A stretch of 43,086 nucleotides of DNA from Myxococcales bacterium. GTDB taxonomy: Bacteria > Myxococcota_A > Polyangia > Polyangiales > Polyangiaceae. Position numbers and translations under genes: made by a program. The stretch covers positions 1-43,086 of the forward strand of contig JAYTOU010000025.1 of assembly GCA_043747615.1 (NCBI GenBank), given 5' to 3'. Positions 33,976 to 42,056 of the stretch are shown here, one piece after another; the stretch's first letter is position 1, and every line of letters starts with the position of its first letter. The notes beneath the pieces are model-generated. The model saw nothing but the letters and a program-made list of their open reading frames with translations, was not told where the DNA came from and searched no databases.

Positions 33976-35403
33976 TCAGTGCAGGATCGGCGCGCCGTTC
34001 GGTCGCTCGACGATCGGTGCCGAGGCCGCGGGAGGCGTCGTCTGCGGAGTCGGAAGCGCGCTCGACGACGCACCAGCCGACGCGCTCGCAAGCACTGCTC
34101 TGGCCTTGTGAGTCACGACCGGCGGGGTTGCCTTCACCGGAGCTGCGTGCGCGCTCTCGGCAGGCGCCGGCGTCGCCGTCCAGCTCGGTGTCGGTGTCGG
34201 TGCTGAAACGACCGTCGTCGCTTCGAGCGGCGGAGGGGACGCGGCCGTCGTTACGCGAGACCGCGTGCTCATAAAGAAGGCAGCTGCTCCCAGCATCGCT
34301 GCCACCGCAACGCCCGCGACGACGCCGCCGCCGAACGTGCGCTTCCCGATCTTCGGCGCAGGCTTGCCGTTCTTCGTTCCGCCAAAGGTCGCGAGGGTTC
34401 CGCCCACGGGGAGGGGCGAGCTTTCCACGACCATCGACTCGCGAAAAACCGCGGACGGGATGTCCATCTGATCGGCCGTGTTGACGAGCGACCTCCAGGT
34501 GCGGTCGGTCGTTCCTCGCTCTGCGCTCGCGGAGAACGGCTCGAGCGCCTCGGCGAGCATTGCCACGTTCGGAAAGCGGTTGTTCGGGTCCTTCTCGAGG
34601 CAACGCGTGACGATCTTAACGAGCGCGTCGGGAAGGTCGGCGCGGAGCTCGTTCGGCGCGCGGGGCGGATCGTTCACCACCTTCAGACACAGCTCGGTCA
34701 TCGACTCCCCATCGAAGGGAACGCGCCCCGTGAGAAGCTCGTACAAGATCACACCGAGCGACCATACGTCCCCGCGTACGTCGACGTTGCGCGCCGAGCG
34801 CATCTGCTCGGGGGCCATGTAGAGCGGTGAGCCGAGCACCGTCGACGACTGCGTGAGAGACACCACCCCGACCGCGCCGGGACCGGTGGTCTTCGAGATC
34901 CCGAAATCGAGGACCTTCACGAGCGGGGCGCCATTCCCGCGGTACGTGATGAACAGATTCTGGGGCTTGAGATCGCGGTGAACGATACCGAGCGCGTGGG
35001 CCTCGATGATGGCCTCGCAGGCCTGAAGGACGTACTCCGCGGCGTCGGCGATCCGGAACGCTCGATGCTGCTTCGTGAGGGTCGCCAGATCGAACCCCAC
35101 GAGGAGCTCCATCACCTGGAAGGGCTCGCCCGTCTCGAGCGTCCCGACATCGAACACTCGCGCCACATGCTCGCTCTTCAGGCGGACTGCCGCGCGCGCC
35201 TCGCGGAGGAAGCGCTCCCTCGAGAGCTCGTTGGCGAGCACCTCGGGGAGCACGAATTTGAGCGCGACCTTCTGCTCGAGGTGAATGTGCAGCGCAGCGT
35301 AGACGACACCCATGCCACCGGCGCCGAGCACGTGCTCGATGCGGTATTTTCCGGCCACCACGTCCCCTACGCGGACTGGGCCTTTCTGTTCGCTTTCGGA
35401 CAT
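33976..35403 (-). CDS. Membrane-anchored Ser/Thr kinase with Pro/Ala/Thr-rich tail
   Basis: LGAGGMG, VALK, HRDLKPQN, DFG, GSPLYMAPEQ; TM GGGVVAGVAVAAMLGAAAFF; ends NGAPILH. Confidence 0.93.
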   Translation of the reverse strand: MSESEQKGPVRVGDVVAGKYRIEHVLGAGGMGVVYAALHIHLEQKVALKFVLPEVLANELSRERFLREARAAVRLKSEHVARVFDVGTLETGEPFQVMELLVGFDLATLTKQHRAFRIADAAEYVLQACEAIIEAHALGIVHRDLKPQNLFITYRGNGAPLVKVLDFGISKTTGPGAVGVVSLTQSSTVLGSPLYMAPEQMRSARNVDVRGDVWSLGVILYELLTGRVPFDGESMTELCLKVVNDPPRAPNELRADLPDALVKIVTRCLEKDPNNRFPNVAMLAEALEPFSASAERGTTDRTWRSLVNTADQMDIPSAVFRESMVVESSPLPVGGTLATFGGTKNGKPAPKIGKRTFGGGVVAGVAVAAMLGAAAFFMSTRSRVTTAASPPPLEATTVVSAPTPTPSWTATPAPAESAHAAPVKATPPVVTHKARAVLASASAGASSSALPTPQTTPPAASAPIVERPNGAPILH

Positions 35404-35449
35404 GGAGCTCGGAAGACGAAGGCTAGCATCATCCGATTCAACGCGGGCT

Positions 35450-36076
35450 TCACTTGGACGTTGGCCTCGCGGTGACGTCGGTCACGAGCTCCCCGGCCTT
35501 CGAGTAGAGGCTTGCGCAAAGCTGTTTCGCGTCCGACTGGCGCTTCACCGTGACGAGAAAGGATCGGTTCGGAGGAGCCGCCTTGACGAAGGCGTGGGCG
35601 ACGTCTGCACACGTCGGGGGGGGTCGAACGGTCCGGGCTGGCAATAGACGGAGAGCTTGGCGGGAAGCTTTTCCTGCGGTCCCACGCCCGAGTCGACCAG
35701 CTCCAGCGTGTGCATCAACGCGAGCACAGGAGACGCAAAGGTCATGAGCTCCTGGGAGCCGGAGGATAATGGCCACCCCGTCTTCTTGTCCGTGGATCGC
35801 GACGGGCGGATCCTCCTCGCGCGCCGCGCAGAGGATGGCTTCACCATCAAGCGGCTCGAAGCGGACGCACACGATGCGCTGCTGATCACCGGGGAGCACT
35901 CGGAGGAAGGCCGCCTCCTTCTCGCGCCGATCGTAAGCGAACTTAGCGACGCCTTTGTCGTAGCGAGCGAGCATGCGCCCGCGGAGATCGTGCGGCGCGA
36001 ACGGATCTTCCTGGACGACGTACGTGGTCACCATCATGACGACCATGACGACGGGAAGCGCAGCGAAGCGCCACAC
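35450..36076 (-). pseudogene. Membrane-anchored hypothetical protein, probably 5'-truncated, with two compensating frameshifts
   Basis: TM-like WRFAALPVVMVVMMVTTYVV. High-GC3 coding shifts to the adjacent frame near 35800 and returns at the G8 tract 35616-35623. Confidence 0.5.
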
Positions 36077-36087
36077 AAGGAGTTCTG

Positions 36088-36405
36088 ATGCGGCGCGGGG
36101 GTGCCGTTGCCGGAGCGGTCGTCTGTGCGGCAGCGGCGCTCGTCGGTGGTCGCGGGTGCAGCGCGGGGCCAGCAACGACGTCGACCGACGCGGCCGTTGC
36201 CCCGAGCGCTGACAGCTACATTCCGTGGGACGGGAAGGGGCCAACGTGTGTTCCGCCACCGCGACCGCAGGGTGTGCCTGACGGCTGGAAGATCTATCCC
36301 GACTACGACCCTTGCTGCGGGTTTTACGTTCCTGGGGCGAGCGCTCCGATGCCCCCACCCATCGCATGGGAGTCGTGCGGCTCAAGCGTGGTTCCCGCGG
36401 GCAGC
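36088..36405 (+). pseudogene. N-terminal fragment of a lipoprotein
   Basis: MRRGGAVAGAVVCAAAALVGGRG-C...PQGVPDGWKIYPDYDPCCGFYVP...PIAWESC, then coding character is lost. Confidence 0.55.
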
Positions 36406-36422
36406 GGAACCTTCCTCGGTTC

Positions 36423-36636
36423 CCGCGTCGGCCCGCGGGACTCGTGCCTGCCGAGGAACCCGACGCAAGCACGGAGCTCGGCGCGCTGTTTGCGCAGATG
36501 GCTCACTTAGAAGGAGCATCCGTTCCAGCGTTCTTGTCTCTCCGCGACGAGCTTCGGGCTCACCGAGCACCCCGCCACTTGGTGCGCGACGCCGTGCTCT
36601 CTGCGAGTGACGAGGTTCGTCACGCGCGCATGATGA
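36423..36636 (+). pseudogene. Internal fragment of a myxobacterial ferritin-like domain lipoprotein
   Basis: RRPAGL...GALFAQMAHLEGASVPAF..LRDELRAH.AP..L...A..DEVRHA. Only the first ExxH half is present, and there is no start. Confidence 0.72.
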
Positions 36637-36691
36637 GGACCTCCAAATACATCTCATGCCCTCCGTCCTCGGGGCGCGAGGTGCGCTTCGA

Positions 36692-36790
36692 ATGACCTTC
36701 CTTCTCGACACCAACGTCTTCGCCGCGCTCTCGCAACGCAAACCCCATCGCGGCGTCGAGCGAGCCTTCACCAAGCACGCCGGCGAGTTG
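36692..36790 (+). pseudogene. N-terminal 33 codons of a VapC/PIN toxin, preceded by a possible antitoxin tail
   Basis: MTFLLDTNVFAALSQRKPHRGVERAF. The ATG overlaps the TGA of ...SGREVRFE* (ATGA), as in vapBC pairs. Confidence 0.7.
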
Positions 36791-37008
36791 TTGCAGCCGT
36801 CAGCAGATGGGCACCACGTTTGCCCGTCGGATGGGCACGTAACGATGCCCCCGTCTCGAAGCCACGTGCAGGCATCTGCATCGGCTCCCAAGTTGGCGGC
36901 CATCGGGCGATCCGACCCGGCGTCTCCCACGCTCATGGGCGTGAGTTCTTCCTTCCCGCAGGATGCGCTCACGAGCGCAACGAGAAGTCGGCTCGCACAA
37001 ATCGTCAT
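36790..37008 (-). pseudogene. N-terminal fragment of a Cys-rich lipoprotein
   Basis: MTICASRLLVALVSAS-C...DAG...CTW..DGG..TCPSDGQTWCPSADGCN, cut where the vapC fragment begins on the other strand. Confidence 0.5.
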
Positions 37009-37063
37009 TGGATTGCATGCATTCTGGGCCGCCTCGTTCGTCGGGGCGGTCCAAGGCGCTCGA

Positions 37064-37624
37064 TTACCGAGCCCAAAGGCAGTTGAGCTCGAGCTCGAGC
37101 TCAGTGAATGGCTCTACGCGTACCCGAGCGTCGTCGCGCCATGTCCCCAAGAGGGACCAAGAGCTGCCGACGAGTTGAAAAGACTCTAGCGTTCGGGCGA
37201 TCGGATCGACGAGCCAGAGGTGGGGGACGTGTTCCCGCGCGTAGATGGGCATTTTCTCGGCGCGATCGGTGGCGGCCGTCGACGGTGAGAGCACTTCGCA
37301 GACCCAATCCGGAGCCAGCTCGAAGGCGGCCGCGTCCGGAAGCTCCGGCATGCGCTCTCGGCGCCATCCGGCAAGATCGGGAACGAGGATGTCGCCATGA
37401 AGATGCAGCTCGGGTTCGTCGAGCAGGATCCAGCCACCGGGCCCGCCTTTGGCGCGATCGAACGGTCCATCGAGCTCTGCACCCAGCCTCGAAGCGGCGC
37501 GTGCATGCAGTGACGCGGGACGAGGCTGCGTGATCAGCGCGCCATTGATGATCTCCGCGATCATATGTTTTGGCGCGGCGAGGAGATCCTCGTAGGTCGC
37601 GCGTCGCTTGGCGGGACCACCCAT
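37064..37624 (-). CDS. Uma2-family (PD-(D/E)xK) putative endonuclease
   Basis: ATYEDL, AEIINGAL...PRP, GGPGGWILLDEPELHL, VPDLAGWRRERM, APDWVCEVLSPST, WLVDP. Confidence 0.93.
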   Translation of the reverse strand: MGGPAKRRATYEDLLAAPKHMIAEIINGALITQPRPASLHARAASRLGAELDGPFDRAKGGPGGWILLDEPELHLHGDILVPDLAGWRRERMPELPDAAAFELAPDWVCEVLSPSTAATDRAEKMPIYAREHVPHLWLVDPIARTLESFQLVGSSWSLLGTWRDDARVRVEPFTELELELNCLWAR

Positions 37625-37666
37625 CGTGAGAATCTAGCCCCCGGGCGGAGCGAGCGCACCGCGGAT

Positions 37667-37681
37667 CGGAGCTAAGCTCCG
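37667..37681. promoter_or_regulatory. 15-bp palindrome, possible operator
   Basis: CGGAGCT-A-AGCTCCG, about 30 nt upstream of the Uma2 -10-like box and next to an AT-rich stretch. Confidence 0.3.
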
Positions 37682-37877
37682 TGCTGCTTGAGGTTTCCCG
37701 AAGATCGCAGAAGGAAGGTTATGTAAACCAACGTAACGAGTTAACAATTAGGCGCGCTCCGCGGTACCCTGTCCGGTTCCGCTTTGCTCTCAAAACGGCG
37801 ACCCGGCCTCGCTCCCGACGACGTCCGCGCGCTTCTCCTCCGGCCGTGCGCTTCTTCGGGCGCTTCGGAAGCCGGTG

Positions 37878-38040
37878 CTTGCCGACGTACTTTTTTCAGA
37901 GCCGCGCGCCCTCCTTCCAGTACGGCCCGTGCTTCTTCGGGCACCTTCCGCAAAGAACGTACTCCCGCCGGAAGGTCGCGTTTTTGGGGATCGAAGCGCT
38001 CGCGCGCTTCTGGCTTTTTGGGGTCGCCCTCTTGCGGACG
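37878..38040 (-). pseudogene. DUF6788-like (CG...HGPYW) basic protein remnant with internal stop
   Basis: ATFRREYVLCGRCPKKHGPYWKEGARL*KKYVGK with TGA at 37896-37898 and no clear start. Confidence 0.55.
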
Positions 38041-38044
38041 AGCT

Positions 38045-38417
38045 CTTGAAGATCGCAACCATCGTGGAAGCGTGTCCCGAACAGATGGCGCCGACCTTCG
38101 ACGTGATCGTGGACGGTCGTCACGTCGAAGCGCTCGTGCTTGCGCGTCGACTGGACGCAACGATTGATGACGCTGCGAGAGAGCAGGGGCTCTCGACGCG
38201 CTCCTTGCAGCGATCACTCATCAACCAACGGACGTGCTTCCAGAAGGAGCTTGTCGCGATCCGGTTTGCGACCGCGGGCGAGCTGCTGCTCACGACCGAT
38301 CTCAAGATTGCGGCCATCGGAGCGCGCCTCTCCATCTCAGAGTGGGCCGTCGCGTTGCTCTTTCGGGCGGAAACCGGGCTATCTCCGCTCGCCTGGCGCG
38401 CCAAGCAAAGGAGATAG
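38045..38417 (+). pseudogene. C-terminal double-HTH fragment of an AraC-family regulator
   Basis: TIDDAAREQGLSTRSLQRSL...F..EL..IR..A.ELL.TTDLKIAAIGARL...LFRAETGLSP..WR. The upstream part of the ORF is the antisense of the DUF6788-like remnant. Confidence 0.72.
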
Positions 38418-38471
38418 CCGCCGCCTCGCGATTTTCGGAGCGCGTTGCAATAGAACCGCGAGAACGCCGGG

Positions 38472-39035
38472 CTAAGGCACCACTGCGAGCGCGAAGTTGA
38501 TCCCATTGTCACCGGGGTCACTGCCTCCGTCTCGAAGAGGCGCGGGTGCAGGAATCTGCGTAGCTCCACTCTGGGAAAGGGTTGGCGCCTTGAATGTGCC
38601 GAAGCCATCGCCGTTGTAGTAGCCGTCGAAGTCGCCGGAGTCGCCGAACGTCCCGTTCCCGTTCTGATCGACGGTCATCTCAACGAAGTACTGGCCGGCC
38701 ACCATCCCGTTGATGACGTAGTCGACAGAGCTTGCGGACACGTTCCCCACCGTGTTCGCGAAAGTCGGTGTTCCGCCTGGAGCAGTCATGACCTTAAGTT
38801 GAATCGCGCGGCTGGCGAGAACGCTCGGGAGGTGCACGACGCCCGCGATGCTCAACTTGCCATTGAAGGTCGGGGTGGCATCGAGTGTCACGGACGACGG
38901 AGCGACCTGCGACGTGTTCGCGCTGGAGCTGCTGCAGTCCAGTTGGCCGAGCGACGCGAGAAGGCCGAGCGCGAGGGCGCTGTAGCGAATCGTGTACCGT
39001 CCGCCGCGCTTTTTCTTGTCCTGAAGTCTGCTCAT
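38472..39035 (-). CDS. Secreted/lipoprotein with Ig-like fold and a DxNxNG calcium-loop-like motif
   Basis: Basic N-region + ALALGLLASLG..C-SSSS; G.YFVEMTVDQNGNGTFGDSGD; ends INFAL. Confidence 0.72.
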   Translation of the reverse strand: MSRLQDKKKRGGRYTIRYSALALGLLASLGQLDCSSSSANTSQVAPSSVTLDATPTFNGKLSIAGVVHLPSVLASRAIQLKVMTAPGGTPTFANTVGNVSASSVDYVINGMVAGQYFVEMTVDQNGNGTFGDSGDFDGYYNGDGFGTFKAPTLSQSGATQIPAPAPLRDGGSDPGDNGINFALAVVP

Positions 39036-39111
39036 GTCGGAGGCTTAGCGCGGGCCTGGCGCAACCCTGCGTCAATTCACCGAACAATGGCGCCACGCTC
39101 ACGTCGAGTCG

Positions 39112-39657
39112 TTAGCAACGCTTCATAGGTTCGCTCTGGACAAGCCCGTTCGGGTCTAGGATCGAGAGTCTTCCTCGGCGATCGAAACCGCGCTGCCGAT
39201 CCCCGATTCGAGCGCGCCGCCTGGACCGCCTCCCATCGCAGCGGATGAGCGCATGCCCCCCGGCGTCGCGCTTCCGACGGCGCGCATCGCTACGCCACGC
39301 GCGGTCACCTTCTCTGGCGAAGTTGGTCCGACCGCAACCCTGGGTGTCGCCGTCGTTGGCGCTTGGCGCTCGGGGGTCCATCGCCGCTCGCTGGCGGACG
39401 GCATCGATTGCCGTGGAAGCCCGCGGTGACCTCCCGGCGTCGAACCCCGCAGAAAGGTCCTTGCCCGGCGGAATCCCCAAGCCATGTTTTTTCGCTTCTT
39501 CAGGCGTCGCGACATGCGCGAGCCCATTCGGAGCGTCCACTTCGAGATCCTCCGCCGTCTCCAGGGCCGCCCCCATCGATGACGCTCGTGTCGCCTCCGC
39601 CGCCATCGCCGGGCGTTCCGCACGTCTCCTCTTCGGTGCGCTACCGACGTCCGTCAT
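39112..39657 (-). CDS. Low-confidence hypothetical protein, possibly 3'-disrupted
   Basis: ATG 39657 overlaps the upstream stop (ATGA). The first ~95 codons are plausible and the rest is Arg-rich and shadow-like. Confidence 0.3.
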   Translation of the reverse strand: MTDVGSAPKRRRAERPAMAAEATRASSMGAALETAEDLEVDAPNGLAHVATPEEAKKHGLGIPPGKDLSAGFDAGRSPRASTAIDAVRQRAAMDPRAPSANDGDTQGCGRTNFAREGDRAWRSDARRRKRDAGGHALIRCDGRRSRRRARIGDRQRGFDRRGRLSILDPNGLVQSEPMKRC

Positions 39658-40484
39658 GGAGGCGGGCGGAGGGCTCGGCGTTTTTCTTCCAGGATCTCGA
39701 GACGGCGATCCCTTTGCGATTGAACCACCGTGGACTCGACGTCCTCGACCTGGCCGAGCTCCGTCGGCAGCTCGAACTTGAGCCCCACTTTGCTCACGAG
39801 TTGATCGAGCACCTGGAGAATGGCGCTCGTTGAAGTGTGGTCGAAGATTTTCTCCCAGCCGACGGCGCCGAGAATTCCCTGCGGCGAGGCGTCTCCCGTG
39901 CGGTGAATCTCTTTCACCCAGGCGCCGAGATCGGCGTTCGACAGGCGCGGTGCGAAGACGTCGATGCCCCTGCTTTCGCCATCCGGTCCAGCGAGGGTTT
40001 CGAAGAACCAGCTCGCTTCGAAGAGACCGAGCTCGAATGCCGTGAGGAGGGCTTTGTGCGCCACCGGTCCGGTGAGCTTCCCGCTTCGCCAAAACATCCA
40101 CCACTCGGAGAGGGGGAGGGCCTCGATCACGATGGCCGGGGTGAGCCCCGCCTCGAACGCGACGTGATCGATGTCGCCTGCGAGGAGCGCGTCGTGCACC
40201 ACTTCTTCGACTTTGGCGTCGTCGTCGCGGACGGCAGCTTTGAGCCCGCGCACTCCCCACCCGGCGATGATGGGCCCGCGCACATTTTTGGGTATCAACC
40301 GGAGGATCTGATCGGCCACGATCTCGTCGTCGTGCGGGAAAAAATGGGCGAGGAACTCCTCCGAGCTCCGCACGCGGCCATCGCTCGTTCGGCGGTGCTC
40401 TTCGAGCGCGAGGCAAAACCGTCGGAGAAGGGCGTCGCCTTGGCTGGTCACGGGGCCGTCGAGCTTACCCCTCCCTCCTTGCAT
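39654..40484 (-). CDS. Hypothetical helical protein (likely start GTG 40451)
   Basis: Long high-GC3 ORF with globular composition (EFLAHFFP, WWMFW, VGWEKI). TAAGCT lies 10 nt before GTG 40451. Confidence 0.75.
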   Translation of the reverse strand: MQGGRGKLDGPVTSQGDALLRRFCLALEEHRRTSDGRVRSSEEFLAHFFPHDDEIVADQILRLIPKNVRGPIIAGWGVRGLKAAVRDDDAKVEEVVHDALLAGDIDHVAFEAGLTPAIVIEALPLSEWWMFWRSGKLTGPVAHKALLTAFELGLFEASWFFETLAGPDGESRGIDVFAPRLSNADLGAWVKEIHRTGDASPQGILGAVGWEKIFDHTSTSAILQVLDQLVSKVGLKFELPTELGQVEDVESTVVQSQRDRRLEILEEKRRALRPPP

Positions 40485-40515
40485 TTACCTGCGAAATCCC
40501 TCAGGAAGAGCGCGG

Positions 40516-42015
40516 ATGACGGCCCTCACTTTTGCTTCGCTCGTTCGCCGGCGCCTCGCCGACGAGATCGGGCGCATGACGAAGGAGGCTCCGTTCACCG
40601 TCGCTCTCACCTACCCGTCGCCGTACGGAGCGGGCATGAGCTCTCTCGGTTACCAGCGCATTTACCGGGCGATCATGGAGACTTCGGGCCTCGCGTGCGA
40701 GCGCGTTTTCCTCGATGACGCTGCCGAGACGGATATCACTCTCCAAACCCGGCCGCTCTCCTACGAGTCGCTCCGACCGCTCGAGGCCTTTCCGGTCATC
40801 GCGGTCAGCGTGGCCTACGAGCTCGAGATCGCGGGTCTCATCCAGATGCTCGTCGCTGCCGACATTCCGGTGCGCCGATCGGAGCGTGACCATCGGCATC
40901 CCTTCGTGCTCGCCGGCGGGCCGCTCACTTTTTCGAATCCGCTCCCGTTGGCAGGCATTGTCGACGCCGTCGTGGTGGGGGAGGCCGAGACGATCACCCT
41001 CGATGTCCTGCGGACTCTCGAAGGGATCTCAGGGCGCGCGCAGCAGCTGGATGCGCTCGCAAAGATTCCTCACGTGTACGTGCCAAGCCATCACGGAGCC
41101 ATCCTGCCCACGGTGGCGAAGGTCGACGACGCGATGATCCCGGCGTGGGCGCCGATTCGCACGCCGCACGCCGTCCTGTCCGACATGTTCTTGATCGAGA
41201 CGGAGCGCGGGTGCTCACGCTCGTGCACGTACTGCGTCATGCGCCGATCGACGAACGGCGGAATGCGTCTCGCCTCGATGGAAACGATCCTCGGCTTGAT
41301 TCCGCCCGACGCGCGGCGGGTCGGGCTGGTCGGCGCCGCCGTCAGCGATCACCCTAAAATCACGCAGATCGTGAACAGCCTTGCCGATCGCGGAGTCGAG
41401 GTGGGGCTCTCGTCCCTTCGTCCCGATCGCTTGAGCGACGAGTTCGTCGGCGCCCTCAAACGCGCCGGAACCAAGACCCTCACCACCGCCATGGACGGCC
41501 CGAGCGAGCGGCTCCGCGAGACCCTAGAGCGCAAGGCGCGCATTCGCCACCTTCTCAAGTGCGCGGAGATGGCGCGCAAGCACAAGATGGATCGCCTCAA
41601 GCTCTACTTGATGGTCGGTCTACCTACCGAGACGGAAGCCGACATCGACGAGTGCGTCGCCTTTTCTACCGAGCTGTCGAAGATCATCCCGCTTTCGCTC
41701 GGCATCGCGCCGTTCTGCTCGAAGCGAAACACGCCGATGGATGGGCTGGGCTTTGCGGGGATCGACGTGGTCACCGATCGGCTGGATCGCCTTCGCCGCG
41801 GGCTCAAAGGGCGGGTCGACGTGCGCTCCACGAGCGCGAAATGGGCCTGGGTGGAGTACGTGCTCGCCCAGGGTGGAGAAGCCGAGGGGCTCGCGCTCAT
41901 CGAGGCCGTTGCGCAAGGCGGCCGCTTCTCTCACTACAAGAAAGCGTTTGCTGCGCTCCCCGCTCCGGGCACCGAGCATCGGCCGAGGCGCGCTCTCGCG
42001 ATCGCTCAGGTATAG
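40516..42015 (+). CDS. Radical SAM protein with N-terminal B12-binding-like domain
   Basis: YPSPY..GMSSLGYQ, SVAYELE, AGGP, GEAE, ETERGCSRSCTYC (CxxxCxxC), SSLRPD, KLYLMVGLPTET. Confidence 0.92.
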   Translation: MTALTFASLVRRRLADEIGRMTKEAPFTVALTYPSPYGAGMSSLGYQRIYRAIMETSGLACERVFLDDAAETDITLQTRPLSYESLRPLEAFPVIAVSVAYELEIAGLIQMLVAADIPVRRSERDHRHPFVLAGGPLTFSNPLPLAGIVDAVVVGEAETITLDVLRTLEGISGRAQQLDALAKIPHVYVPSHHGAILPTVAKVDDAMIPAWAPIRTPHAVLSDMFLIETERGCSRSCTYCVMRRSTNGGMRLASMETILGLIPPDARRVGLVGAAVSDHPKITQIVNSLADRGVEVGLSSLRPDRLSDEFVGALKRAGTKTLTTAMDGPSERLRETLERKARIRHLLKCAEMARKHKMDRLKLYLMVGLPTETEADIDECVAFSTELSKIIPLSLGIAPFCSKRNTPMDGLGFAGIDVVTDRLDRLRRGLKGRVDVRSTSAKWAWVEYVLAQGGEAEGLALIEAVAQGGRFSHYKKAFAALPAPGTEHRPRRALAIAQV

Positions 42016-42056
42016 AACGGTCCTTTTTTCGACCGAGAGCCGCTATAAAGAAGCGC

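Noticed and set aside
35657..36088. Plus-strand ORF ending in a His/Asp-rich 'metal-binding' tail (GHHHDDHDDG)
   Set aside because: It is the in-register antisense of the minus-strand TM segment VVMVVMMV, so it is a shadow ORF.
36423..36636. Ferritin-like fragment as a second encapsulin cargo
   Set aside because: It belongs to a different, lipoprotein-type family, is truncated and has no targeting peptide.
37085..37102. GAGCTC x3 tandem palindromic repeat
   Set aside because: It simply encodes ELELEL at the Uma2 C-terminus.
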